Below are positions 41,974-50,513 of a stretch of 59,466 bases of DNA, one piece after another; positions within the stretch are counted from its first letter, which is position 1, and each line of letters opens with the position of its first letter. Origin of the DNA: a candidate division WOR-3 bacterium (GTDB taxonomy: Bacteria; Hydrothermota; Tepidihabitantia; Tepidihabitantales; Tepidihabitantaceae); the NCBI GenBank assembly GCA_026397595.1, contig JAPLUO010000197.1, positions 1 through 59,466 on the forward strand, in the 5' to 3' direction. The translations under genes and the position numbers were made by a program. A model generated the notes under the pieces. That model did not search any database, was not told the DNA's origin, and saw only the letters and a program-made list of their open reading frames with translations.

Positions 41974-44100
41974 ATGGCGCGTGACGCATTGCGCATGACG
42001 CCAGCCGCCGCCGGCCTGAAGCGTGAAGCGTCGGGCGTAGAGCGCTACTGCAACGTCGCGATACCCCATACCCGGCTGCACGAGCTGACCTACGAGTTCG
42101 AGCCGGAACGCTTCCTCGAACTTGCGCCCGGCGCGTGCGTGCAGGTCCGCCTGCGTGGGAAGAAAGCCAAAGGTCTCGTGCTCGAAGTCCTGGCCCGCAG
42201 CCCGGTGCCAAAGACACTGCCGGTCGAGAAGCTGGTCGAGCCGCGGTTGGTCTCGGAGGAGCTTCTGCGCCTGCTGCGCTGGGTCGGCGCATACTACTTT
42301 GGCCGGATGGGCGCAGTACTCGGCATGGCCCTGCCGCGCGGCATCTGCGGCCACGGACTCAGAAGAGGGGCGAGGGGCGGTGAACGAGCGCTTAGTGGAA
42401 GACGGCCGGTTGTTGTCTCCGACCTTCATCTTTCATCCTTCATCTTCCCTCCTTCTTTCTCCGTGAACGTCCATACCGGTTCGGGCTCGCAAGAAGACGT
42501 CGTGGCCGGCTTCGTCGGTGCGGGGCTTGAGCGCGGGACGGTGATAGTCTTGATGCCGGAGTCCGAGACCGGCGTATGGGCGGGCACGCTACGGGCGAGG
42601 CTGGGAATCGAGCCGGTTCTTTACCACGGCGACCGGAAGGCGTCGGAACGGAAGAGCGTCTGGCGCGAGGTGCGCTCAAGCGAGCGCATGTTGGTTCTTG
42701 GTGTTCGTTCGGCCGTGTTCGCTCCGGTGCCGGACCTTGCCGGCGTCGTTGTGATAGATGAGCACGACAAGGTCTTCAAGGAAGAGCGGCATCCGCGGTT
42801 CAATGCCCGGGACGTGGCTATTGCCCGGGCCCGACTCGCCGACTGCCCGGTGCTGCTCTGCGACCCGACCCCGTCGGCCGAGACCTGGCTGAACCTGCGC
42901 AACGGACAGTACCAGATGGTGCAAAGTCCCGCCGCAAAGTCACAAGGGGAAAGTCCCAAGTCTGAAGTGGAAGGTACAAAGTCTGAAGTGCAAAGTCCCG
43001 CCGCAAAGTCACAAGGGGAAAGTCCCAAGTCTGAAGAGGAAAGTCCCGAATCACAAGTGGAAAGTGCCAAGTCCCGAGGGGAAAGCACCAAGTCCAACTT
43101 GTCCATTTCCCCTTTCCACTTCGTCATTTCCGGCTCCCCGCCTGATACCCTCGTCGTTGACATGCGCAAGCATCGGGGCGAGGTGCTCGCGCCGGTGCTG
43201 GTGAATGAGCTGAAAGAAGCCCGCGCTGCCGGCGAGTCATCGGTGTTGTATATCAACCGCCGGGGACTAAGCCGATACGTCGCGTGCCGTGACTGCGGGA
43301 GTCCACTCCTGTGTACGGACTGTGGAGTCTCGCTCGTGCTCTATTCCGGTGGCAACCTCTGTTGCCGCTACTGCGGCAAGACCAGCACCGCACCGGAGAC
43401 GTGCCCAGCATGCGGCAGTCCTGACTTCCGGCTCAAGGCGCCGGGCATCGAGATGGCCGCGCGCGAAGTGAGCCGGCTGTTGCCGGACGCAAATGTCTTG
43501 ACGGTGCTCACCGAATCCGTTCATCGTTCTTCCCCTGAACCCGGGTCGGTGGTCGTCGGCACGCGTGCGCTGTTCGGGGTTCACTGGCCGGAGCGGGTGA
43601 GGGTAGTTGCTGCCCTGTCGGTTGACGACGACCTGTGCCTGCCAGATTTCCGGGCAAGGGAGCGGACGTTCCAGGTGCTCTCAGAACTGTCCCGGCGCGC
43701 GGCAGCGCATGGGGCTACGCTTGTGCTCCAGACCCGTCGGCCCGACGACCCGGCGGTGCAGGCCGCGACCGCGGGAGATGTGGCGCGTTTCCTTGACCAG
43801 GAATTGAAACTGAGGGAGGAACTGGAGTTCCCGCCCTATCGGCGGCTTGTGCTCATCGAGCTGAGCGCTGCGAGCGAGTCCAAAGCAGCGAGGCACGGAG
43901 AAATGCTGTGTCGAAAACTGGGGCGGGTTCAGGGTGTGGAAGCGATGGGCCCGGTACCGGTGCGCGGAAGAACGAATACCGTGCAGGTTCTCGTCAAGGT
44001 CGCCCGCAACCTCAGGCTGGACCGATTAGTGACCCTGAAACAGCTTGAGTCCGACGGCGTCAGGGCCAGGGTCGACGTGGACCCTTTGGAGACAGTGTAG
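41974..44100 (+). CDS. priA: primosomal protein N' (PriA) with degenerate helicase motifs and two repeat-encoded inserts
   Basis: CNVAIPHTRLHELTYEF N-terminus, a Cys-rich zinc region (CRDCGSPLLCTDCGVSL...CRYCG...CPACGS) and LYINRRG. Walker A reads HTGSGSQEDV and motif II reads IDEHD. Confidence 0.85.
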   Translation: MARDALRMTPAAAGLKREASGVERYCNVAIPHTRLHELTYEFEPERFLELAPGACVQVRLRGKKAKGLVLEVLARSPVPKTLPVEKLVEPRLVSEELLRLLRWVGAYYFGRMGAVLGMALPRGICGHGLRRGARGGERALSGRRPVVVSDLHLSSFIFPPSFSVNVHTGSGSQEDVVAGFVGAGLERGTVIVLMPESETGVWAGTLRARLGIEPVLYHGDRKASERKSVWREVRSSERMLVLGVRSAVFAPVPDLAGVVVIDEHDKVFKEERHPRFNARDVAIARARLADCPVLLCDPTPSAETWLNLRNGQYQMVQSPAAKSQGESPKSEVEGTKSEVQSPAAKSQGESPKSEEESPESQVESAKSRGESTKSNLSISPFHFVISGSPPDTLVVDMRKHRGEVLAPVLVNELKEARAAGESSVLYINRRGLSRYVACRDCGSPLLCTDCGVSLVLYSGGNLCCRYCGKTSTAPETCPACGSPDFRLKAPGIEMAAREVSRLLPDANVLTVLTESVHRSSPEPGSVVVGTRALFGVHWPERVRVVAALSVDDDLCLPDFRARERTFQVLSELSRRAAAHGATLVLQTRRPDDPAVQAATAGDVARFLDQELKLREELEFPPYRRLVLIELSAASESKAARHGEMLCRKLGRVQGVEAMGPVPVRGRTNTVQVLVKVARNLRLDRLVTLKQLESDGVRARVDVDPLETV
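42358..42465. repeat. composite heptamer array in frame in priA (purine-rich half then complementary pyrimidine-rich half)
   Basis: ...GGGCGAG GGGCGGT GAACGAG... is followed by CCTTCAT CTTTCAT CCTTCAT CTTCCCT CCTTCTT. It encodes ...RGARGGERALSG...SDLHLSSFIFPPSFS, directly N-terminal to the Walker A position. Confidence 0.75.
42919..43132. repeat. repeat block in frame in priA: 69-bp unit x ~2.6 built from AAAGTC-type heptamers, then a pyrimidine-rich inverted tail
   Basis: The copy at 42919-42987 is nearly identical over its first ~50 nt to the copy at 42988-43056. It encodes VQSPAAKSQGESPKSE... twice. The tail CCATTTCCCCTTTCCACTTCGTCATTTCC is the complement of the word GGGGAAATGG... seen at about 45065 and about 54844. 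Confidence 0.85.
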
Positions 44101-44216
44101 AGGACGAAGCCAGAAGCTAGATGCTAGAAGTCAGAAGTCCGGGCAGTCCTAACTGCTAACTTACTAACTGCTAACTTACTAACCGCTACCTTACTAACTC
44201 GCGGCGAAGCCGCGTC
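44101..44216. repeat. intergenic heptamer/15-mer array filling the priA / 44217 convergent spacer
   Basis: CAGAAGC TAGATGC TAGAAGT CAGAAGT, then (CTAACTGCTAACTTA) x3. It is flanked by the short inverted termini GTAGAGGACG / CGTCCTAC, which contain both stop codons. Confidence 0.8.
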
Positions 44217-45011
44217 CTACTTGCTGCCCGCCGGTCGTGTCAGGTTCTCCCTGATTGTCTTCGCTTCTTTCGGATACGCGGTCGAGTCGAGCAGGGCCGC
44301 GGCCTCGCGGTAGGCGTCTCCGGCGGAGGCCGTGTCCTTCAAGACTTCGAGCGCCGCGCCCGCGTTGTTGGCGGCTTGCGCCCTGAGCAGGCGGGCTGAA
44401 TCCGGAAGGAACCGGCGCGCGCGCGAGTAGTACGCGACCGCGCTGTCCTGATACCCTCGGCTCTGGAATACCCAGCCAATGGAGAACGCAAGCCGGGGTG
44501 CTGTCCCGGTCGGGCTAGAGTCTTCCCCCATGGACCTTCGGAAGGATTGGACCGAGCGGTCGAGGTTGTCGGCGTCGTACCAGCAGAAAGCCATATAGGC
44601 GCGTATTGCAGCCGACTCGGGCCGAGTCGCGCGATTCAGCATGTTGTTGAGAGCCGTCAGCGCGTCGTACCAGCGGCGCTGGGCGTAGAGCGAGTCAGGG
44701 CCGACGAACCGCGCGCTCATCTCCTCGGGAAACAGGGTCCGGACGCCGCTGTCGAGCTTCACGTCGCCGAGCATCCGGGTTATCGAAATCAGGTCGGGCT
44801 TGGCGTTCGTGAGCAGCGGAATCGGTGCGGGCTCGGATGGCGGTCGGGAAAGAGCTCCCACGACCAGGAAGATCAGGACGACCACGACCACCCCGACGAT
44901 TCCCCACTGCACAACGCTGTTCGACAGCCGAAACTTCTTCGCCGGACGCTTCTGGCGGATATTCTTTATCTTAGCCACGCAGGATATTAGCCGACTCGCG
45001 CCGGCTGTCAA
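44217..45011 (-). CDS. membrane-anchored TPR-like protein (hypothetical)
   Basis: An N-terminal TM (WGIVGVVVVVLIFLVVGAL) and helical repeat-like Ala/Tyr/Arg-rich segments. No specific family recognised. Confidence 0.5.
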   Translation of the reverse strand: MTAGASRLISCVAKIKNIRQKRPAKKFRLSNSVVQWGIVGVVVVVLIFLVVGALSRPPSEPAPIPLLTNAKPDLISITRMLGDVKLDSGVRTLFPEEMSARFVGPDSLYAQRRWYDALTALNNMLNRATRPESAAIRAYMAFCWYDADNLDRSVQSFRRSMGEDSSPTGTAPRLAFSIGWVFQSRGYQDSAVAYYSRARRFLPDSARLLRAQAANNAGAALEVLKDTASAGDAYREAAALLDSTAYPKEAKTIRENLTRPAGSK

Positions 45012-45051
45012 TCAGGCGGTGAATCCCGAGACCCGAAACGGGACCGCCAGG

Positions 45052-45115
45052 ACGCAAATGGGAAGGGGAAATGGCGAAGTGAAGGTAATGAAGTCAGGGG
45101 TCAGAGACCAGGAAC
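45052..45115. repeat. intergenic heptamer array
   Basis: GGAAGGG GAAATGG CGAAGTG AAGGTAA TGAAGTC AGGGGTC AGAGACC. Confidence 0.65.
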
Positions 45116-45122
45116 TGCCCTC

Positions 45123-45686
45123 TTACCACGAAATCTTGAATCCGAATAGTTCAGCCGAAATGCCCGAACTCGTCCGATTTGCCTTGAATGCTGTTGTGTT
45201 ATTGATGTCGCGTTCTTTGGCGCCCCTCTGAGAAACACCACTTACGCTAAGGGCGTCAGAACCATAGGAAACGCTTACGTATGTTGACGACCAAGAGCCA
45301 TCTTCGCTAATCACGCCATTCAAGGTAAGGTCGACGTTCAGGTCCGATGGAGAAGAGGTGGAGGATACGCGGCACTGAGACATGTCATACTTCAAATGTA
45401 CCGTCTGGATGCCATTGCCCTGGTCGTAACTCGTGGTCCCGGTGATGTGCACTGTACCGCCGAACGGCCCGCTGGCGGTTATGTCGATGGCGCCCGAAGG
45501 CGTGCCGGCAATGTTCTGGTTGTAGATGTCCGACAACCCGGTCATTATGCCCCAGGCAACGTCCTTGTAGAATGACTCGTCGCTATACTTGGTTTCATGG
45601 ACGCAGGACACGTTCAGCATCGTTAGGAATGGAATAGCCAAAAACAGGGCCACCCACTTATGTCTGGCATGTAGGAACCTACGCAT
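45123..45686 (-). CDS. hypothetical lipoprotein
   Basis: Signal peptide with lipobox-like LNVSC and a Ser/Thr-rich body. The gene is visibly more AT-rich than its neighbours. Confidence 0.5.
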   Translation of the reverse strand: MRRFLHARHKWVALFLAIPFLTMLNVSCVHETKYSDESFYKDVAWGIMTGLSDIYNQNIAGTPSGAIDITASGPFGGTVHITGTTSYDQGNGIQTVHLKYDMSQCRVSSTSSPSDLNVDLTLNGVISEDGSWSSTYVSVSYGSDALSVSGVSQRGAKERDINNTTAFKANRTSSGISAELFGFKISW

Positions 45687-45871
45687 TCAATTCTCCTCGT
45701 TCACATTCGCGCTCAATAGCATGGGGCAGAAGTCGGGACTTCGAACATTCCCGCGTTCGCAGTCTTCGTGAGGACCGGGCCGAATTCGGAGCATATCATC
45801 AGGCGAAGCCTACCAAATCGGGCCGGGATGTCAAGGCGGCGGCGTGGCTGGAGCTTGTCCTTGGGCTAACG

Positions 45872-47953
45872 CTATTGCTGCGGGTGTCCCGCGAACATTG
45901 GGTAGAGGCGTTCGCGGGTTGGCTGGTCGACTGCGCTGAAGTGCGAGAACTGCATGGAGTTGGCGGCGCGGCCCTGGGAGAGGGAGCGGAGCTGAGTGGC
46001 GTAGCCGAAGGTCTTGATCAGCGGCAGTTCGGCCTTGATTATCTGGTGGCCTTTGACCGGTTCGAGGTGCAGAATCCTGCCGTCGCGCGATGTGACGTCG
46101 CCGAGCACGCTGCCTAAGTACTGGTCCGGGGTTACGACTTCGAGTTCCATTATCGGCTCCAGGAAGGTCGGGCTCGCGGCTGTGAAGGCCTCGCGGAACG
46201 CCTGGCCCGCCGCGACCTTGAAGTCAACGTCGGAGGAGTCCTGTTCGTGCCACTCGCCGTCGAGGATGCGGGCCTTGACGTTGACGACCGCGTACCCGGC
46301 CAGCACGCCCGATTCGAAGCTGTCTTGGATGGCCTGTTTGATGGCGGCGGCGAACTCGCGCGGTAGTGTTCCGGGCTTGAGTTCATCCTCCACGAGGTTG
46401 CCGTCGGGCGAAGGTTCGAGCGCGAGCTTGACGACCGCGTAGTGTCCCTTGCCGCCACTCTGCCGGATGAATCTGCCTTCGGCGGTCGCGGCCGCGGTGA
46501 CGGTCTCGCGGTAGGAGACCTGCGGCTTGCCGGAGTGGACGCCGACCTTGTAGTCGCGGAGCAGCCGGTCAATCAGGATTTCGAGGTGCAGTTCGCCCAT
46601 GCCGGACAGGATGAGCTGGCCGGTTTCCTCGTCGGTGCGGACCTTGAAGGTCGGGTCCTCGAGCGCGAGCGTGTCGAGCGACGTGTGGAGCTTGTCCTCG
46701 TCCGCCTTGGTCCTCGGCTCAATCGCGAGGAACACGACCGGTTCAGGGTACTTGACCGGCTCGAACGCAATCGGGTGGGCGAGATTGGTCAGGGTCTGCC
46801 CGGTGCGCGGTTCCTTGAGGCCGATGACCACGCCGATTTCCCCGGCGGAGAGCGATTCGACTTCCTGCTGCCGGTTGGCGTGCATGATGGCGAGCTTGGG
46901 AATCCGCACGCGCTTCATCTCCGGCACCGACATCACGACTTCGCCTTCTTCGACCTTGCCCGAGTAGACGCGGACGTAGGCGAGCATGCCGCGCTGCGGG
47001 TCGGAGGCGAGCTTGAAGGTCAGCGCCGAGAACGGCGACTTGGCATCGGACGGCCGGGTCTCATCCTTGCCGGTCTTCGGATTGGTGCCGCGCGCTGGCG
47101 GGACGTCGAGCGGCGACGGCAGGTAGTGGACGATGCCGTCGAGCAGCTTCTGGATGCCCTTGTTCTTGAACGCGCTGCCGCAGAAGACCGGCACGATCTT
47201 GAGGGCGATGGTGCCTGTGCGCAGGGCGTGTTTCAGGTCGGTTTCGCCAATCGGCGAGCCGGCCAGGTACTTCTCCAGTAGTTGTTCGTCGAACGTGGTC
47301 AGCGTGTCAATCATCCGGTGCCGGTAGTCCGCGACCTCGGGCAGTCGGTCTTCGGGAATCGGCATTTCCTCGAAGGTCGCGCCCAGGTCGTCGGTGTGCC
47401 AGACAAAGGCCTTCTCGGCCACGAGGTCAATCAAGCCCTTGTACTCGTCTTCAGCGCCGATGGGCAACTGGACCGGAACCGGCGTCTGCTCGAACTTCTC
47501 GGCCATCATCTTGACCACGCGGTAGAAGTCCGCGCCGTTGCGGTCGAGCTTGTTAACGAACGCAATGCGGGGCACGTGGTAGCGGTCGGCCTGGCGCCAG
47601 ACGGTCTCGGACTGGGGTTCGACCCCGCCGACCCCGCAGAAGACGATTATCGCGCCGTCGAGCACCTTGAGCGAGCGCTCGACCTCGACCGTGAAGTCAA
47701 CGTGGCCGGGCGTGTCGATGATGTTGATGCGGTGCTCCAGCCAGGAGACGGTGGTGGCCGCGGCGGTGATGGTGATGCCGCGCTCGCGTTCCTGCACCAT
47801 CCAGTCCATCTGGGTGTTGCCGTCGTCGATGTCACCCATCCGGTGAATACGGCCCGAGTAATAGAGTATGCGCTCGGTCGTCGTCGTCTTGCCAGCGTCG
47901 ATGTGCGCGGCAATGCCGATATTACGAATCTGCGTCAGGTCGGCGCTTTGCAT
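45872..47953 (-). CDS. fusA: elongation factor G (stand-alone copy, not in an rpsL-rpsG-fusA-tuf context)
   Basis: The start [32 protein letters not shown] is at 47953. It has [12 protein letters not shown] and full EF-G domains. The ORF-track extension to 48244 was rejected. Confidence 0.93.
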   Translation of the reverse strand: MQSADLTQIRNIGIAAHIDAGKTTTTERILYYSGRIHRMGDIDDGNTQMDWMVQERERGITITAAATTVSWLEHRINIIDTPGHVDFTVEVERSLKVLDGAIIVFCGVGGVEPQSETVWRQADRYHVPRIAFVNKLDRNGADFYRVVKMMAEKFEQTPVPVQLPIGAEDEYKGLIDLVAEKAFVWHTDDLGATFEEMPIPEDRLPEVADYRHRMIDTLTTFDEQLLEKYLAGSPIGETDLKHALRTGTIALKIVPVFCGSAFKNKGIQKLLDGIVHYLPSPLDVPPARGTNPKTGKDETRPSDAKSPFSALTFKLASDPQRGMLAYVRVYSGKVEEGEVVMSVPEMKRVRIPKLAIMHANRQQEVESLSAGEIGVVIGLKEPRTGQTLTNLAHPIAFEPVKYPEPVVFLAIEPRTKADEDKLHTSLDTLALEDPTFKVRTDEETGQLILSGMGELHLEILIDRLLRDYKVGVHSGKPQVSYRETVTAAATAEGRFIRQSGGKGHYAVVKLALEPSPDGNLVEDELKPGTLPREFAAAIKQAIQDSFESGVLAGYAVVNVKARILDGEWHEQDSSDVDFKVAAGQAFREAFTAASPTFLEPIMELEVVTPDQYLGSVLGDVTSRDGRILHLEPVKGHQIIKAELPLIKTFGYATQLRSLSQGRAANSMQFSHFSAVDQPTRERLYPMFAGHPQQ

Positions 47954-47960
47954 AGGCGTC

Positions 47961-48044
47961 AATGCTATTGGCTGATAGCTAAGAGTCAAGTCGGGACTGC
48001 CGATTCCCGATTGACAATCGTCAACTGTCGGTCGCCAACTCCCA
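47961..48044. repeat. intergenic heptamer array (12 units) containing promoter hexamers
   Basis: AATGCTA TTGGCTG ATAGCTA AGAGTCA AGTCGGG ACTGCCG ATTCCCG ATTGACA ATCGTCA ACTGTCG GTCGCCA ACTCCCA. Confidence 0.7.
47962..47989 (-). promoter_or_regulatory. sigma70-like promoter (TTGACT-16-TAGCAT), near-leaderless for fusA
   Basis: The -10 ends 8 nt before ATG 47953. Both hexamers lie inside the heptamer array. Confidence 0.45.
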
Positions 48045-48051
48045 GCAGGTG

Positions 48052-48080
48052 TTGCGAACGCGGGTCGAGTCTGATATTCT
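48052..48080 (+). promoter_or_regulatory. sigma70-like promoter (TTGCGA-17-TATTCT), leaderless relative to GTG 48086
   Basis: The -10 ends 5 nt before the GTG. Confidence 0.4.
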
Positions 48081-48085
48081 CTCGC

Positions 48086-49075
48086 GTGTACAGACAGTCC
48101 TCGCCGGGCGACGCGGCCGTGTTTCGCGCGGATGTGAGACGGATATGGGACGAGTTCCAGCGGCTCGATAAGTCGCAGGAGTTCGGGAACCTGGAGGGCG
48201 GGAGCGTGGAGCAGCAGCGGGACCACCGTTTGCAACTCCACCATTGCGCGAACTACGCGGCCGTGCTCGAAGTCCTGAGTCAGACGGGTCAGACGAGTCC
48301 GACCGGTCAGACAAGGTCCCTGCGACTGCTGGAGCTCGGCTGCGGCAGCGGTATGCTGACGAGCGCCCTGGCCCGGGTGATGCCCGAGGGTTGGACAATC
48401 GAGGCGACCGACTACTCGGAGCGACTGCTGGCCGGGGCCCGGTCACGGTTCGAGTGCGCGAATATCAGTTTCCGCCACCTGGACGCGCGGGCCATCGGGC
48501 CGGAGCGGCTGGCGGGGATAGACGCGGTGTTGCTGCTTGAGGTGATTGAGCATCTGCCGCAGGATGAGGCGGCCGGTCTGCTGCGACGGGTGTACGATGC
48601 GCTGCCGCCGGGCGGGTTGACGGTGATGACCACGCTCGACCGGGCCGCGTTCCCGCGCACCTTCTCCGGCTACGCGCCGCACTTCGTTGAGTACACTCAC
48701 CGGTCGCTCTCGCAGTTCCTTAAGGAGGGGCGGCACAGCCCGTTCGAGGCTTGCGACGTGTTCCGGCTCGCGTCCGCGCGCATCGTGTGTGAGGCGGTAC
48801 GGGCCGAGGAGCGCGGCGGTTACCTCCTGAACCGGCTCCGGCGGCTGGAGTTGAGTCTCGAGCGCCGGCACGCTGAGTTCAGCGCGTTTCGGGATTGGCT
48901 GGAATCCCGCCTGTTTCGGCTGTACGCTCTTCTGCCCGAGAACGACGGATTCGATCTTGAAGGCTACTTGAGCACGCTTGAGTTCGTCCGGTCCGCACCT
49001 GAATCGCGCGACCGGGATTCATTCGGGCTTGTCGCAGTCCTGAGGAAGGCCGGCGGGGCGGCCACGATGGAGTAA
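48086..49075 (+). CDS. class I SAM-dependent methyltransferase
   Basis: Motif [13 protein letters not shown] with [12 protein letters not shown]. The GTG 48086 start was chosen from promoter geometry. The part of the ORF upstream of it is antisense to fusA. Confidence 0.65.
   Translation: MYRQSSPGDAAVFRADVRRIWDEFQRLDKSQEFGNLEGGSVEQQRDHRLQLHHCANYAAVLEVLSQTGQTSPTGQTRSLRLLELGCGSGMLTSALARVMPEGWTIEATDYSERLLAGARSRFECANISFRHLDARAIGPERLAGIDAVLLLEVIEHLPQDEAAGLLRRVYDALPPGGLTVMTTLDRAAFPRTFSGYAPHFVEYTHRSLSQFLKEGRHSPFEACDVFRLASARIVCEAVRAEERGGYLLNRLRRLELSLERRHAEFSAFRDWLESRLFRLYALLPENDGFDLEGYLSTLEFVRSAPESRDRDSFGLVAVLRKAGGAATME
48279..48317. repeat. 9-bp tandem repeat in frame in the methyltransferase
   Basis: GTCAGACGG GTCAGACGA GTCCGACCG GTCAGACAA, encoding [12 protein letters not shown] just before motif I. 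Confidence 0.7.
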
Positions 49076-49157
49076 CGGCATCGAGACGAAGCAGATGAAG
49101 AGACTTGCCGCGCCGCTCGCAATGACGGTGTTCAAGGTGCTGCTGGTGAGGTAGCCC

Positions 49158-50210
49158 GTGCCGGCACGGAAGGACGCAGAGCATCTGCCCGGGTTCCTTT
49201 TCCGGGCGGTATCGTTCGAGCGCGGCCGGCTGCGGATTCTCGACCAGACACAGTTACCGCACCGCGTCACTTACCTCTACCCGACCAAAGCGGCTGACGT
49301 AGTTGCAGTCATCAAACGGCTGGCGGTGCGCGGGGCACCGGCCATCGGCGTGGCCGCCGCGTACGGTATGGCCGTCGAGGCCGGGCGACTGCCTGACCGG
49401 AATCTAAGGAGCGGGCTTGAGCGGGCAGCGCGCATGCTGGTCGCCGCGCGACCGACTGCGGTCAACCTCAAGTGGGCTGTTGTCCGTGTCATGCAGTCCG
49501 TGTCCGTCCGTGCGATGTCGCCCGAGGAGAAGCGCCGGGCCGTGCTCGCTGAGGCTCAGCGGATTGAGACCGAGGAAGTCGAACGCTCGCTCGCGATAGC
49601 GCGACACGGTGCGAAACTGCTTCCCAAGAACGCCGAAGTCCTCACCATCTGCAACACCGGTGCGCTCGCCGCTCCTGGAATGGGCACCGCGCTCGGTGTG
49701 ATATTCCAGGCTCACATTGACGGCAAGCGGCCGCACGTGTATGCCTGCGAGACTAGACCACTGTTGCAGGGTAGCAGACTGACAACGCTCGAACTGCAAC
49801 GGGCTAGGATTCCGGTCACGCTGATTGCCGATAGCGCTGCGGCCAGCGTGATTGACCGGTGCGACGTGATGCTCGTTGGTGCCGACCGCATAGCAGCCAA
49901 CGGCGACACAGCGAACAAGGTCGGGACGCGGATGCTCGCGACACTAGCGCGCGCCGCACGCAAGCCGTTCTACGTTGTCGCGCCGTCCTCGACCTTTGAC
50001 TCCGCAACTCGGACCGGACAGCAGATTGTCGTCGAGCAAAGGGATGGGGAGGAGGTACGGGCCTTCGCCGGGTGCCGTGCCGCGCCGGCCCGGACCGTCG
50101 TATTCAACCCGGCCTTTGACGTAACTCCGGCCCGTCTCATCGCCGGCTTCATCACCGACCGCGGCATCCTCAAGCCGCCGTTCCGCAAGAACGTCAGCTC
50201 CAACCCCTGA
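49158..50210 (+). CDS. mtnA: S-methyl-5-thioribose-1-phosphate isomerase
   Basis: FERGRLRILDQTQLP, RGAPAIGVAAAYG, GADRIAANGDTANKVGT and FDVTPARLIAGFITDRG motifs. Confidence 0.88.
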   Translation: MPARKDAEHLPGFLFRAVSFERGRLRILDQTQLPHRVTYLYPTKAADVVAVIKRLAVRGAPAIGVAAAYGMAVEAGRLPDRNLRSGLERAARMLVAARPTAVNLKWAVVRVMQSVSVRAMSPEEKRRAVLAEAQRIETEEVERSLAIARHGAKLLPKNAEVLTICNTGALAAPGMGTALGVIFQAHIDGKRPHVYACETRPLLQGSRLTTLELQRARIPVTLIADSAAASVIDRCDVMLVGADRIAANGDTANKVGTRMLATLARAARKPFYVVAPSSTFDSATRTGQQIVVEQRDGEEVRAFAGCRAAPARTVVFNPAFDVTPARLIAGFITDRGILKPPFRKNVSSNP

Positions 50211-50479
50211 CTTCGGTCTCGCGTCCTGACCTGCGATGCGTCCAAGTCTGACTGCCGACATCCCATAGGAGAGCCCGTCAAGCCTGCGCAGCGTGGCTGC
50301 GACCTGTGATACGGCAACCGAGGCACCCGGGCGCATCAAGCTCTGACATCGCCTGCCCTCTCTGCCGTCCGAGGACGCGAGCTGGGCGGCGATGGTGTGG
50401 CATCTCGTATTCCCGTGGGTCGCGCGACATCGAGAGGAGGCGCGAAGCGCTTGACGATCGGCTGGAGTCGGTTGCCCAT

Positions 50480-50507
50480 TTGACACGCCGCCCGCGAGCG
50501 CTAGAAT
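50480..50507 (+). promoter_or_regulatory. sigma70-like promoter (TTGACA-16-TAGAAT), leaderless relative to ATG 50514
   Basis: The -10 ends 6 nt before the ATG. Confidence 0.55.
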
Positions 50508-50513
50508 CGGGGC

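Noticed and set aside
40651-42429. 592-aa minus-strand ORF antisense to tamB/priA, and similar long antisense ORFs (3620..4522, 5366..6355, 35689..36705, 46442..47281, 27202..28119, 53534..54214, 56570..57376)
   Set aside because: In high-GC DNA the antisense strand of a real gene is often open. These translations are Arg/Gly/Pro/Ala-rich with no recognisable motifs. The sense-strand genes are strongly supported.
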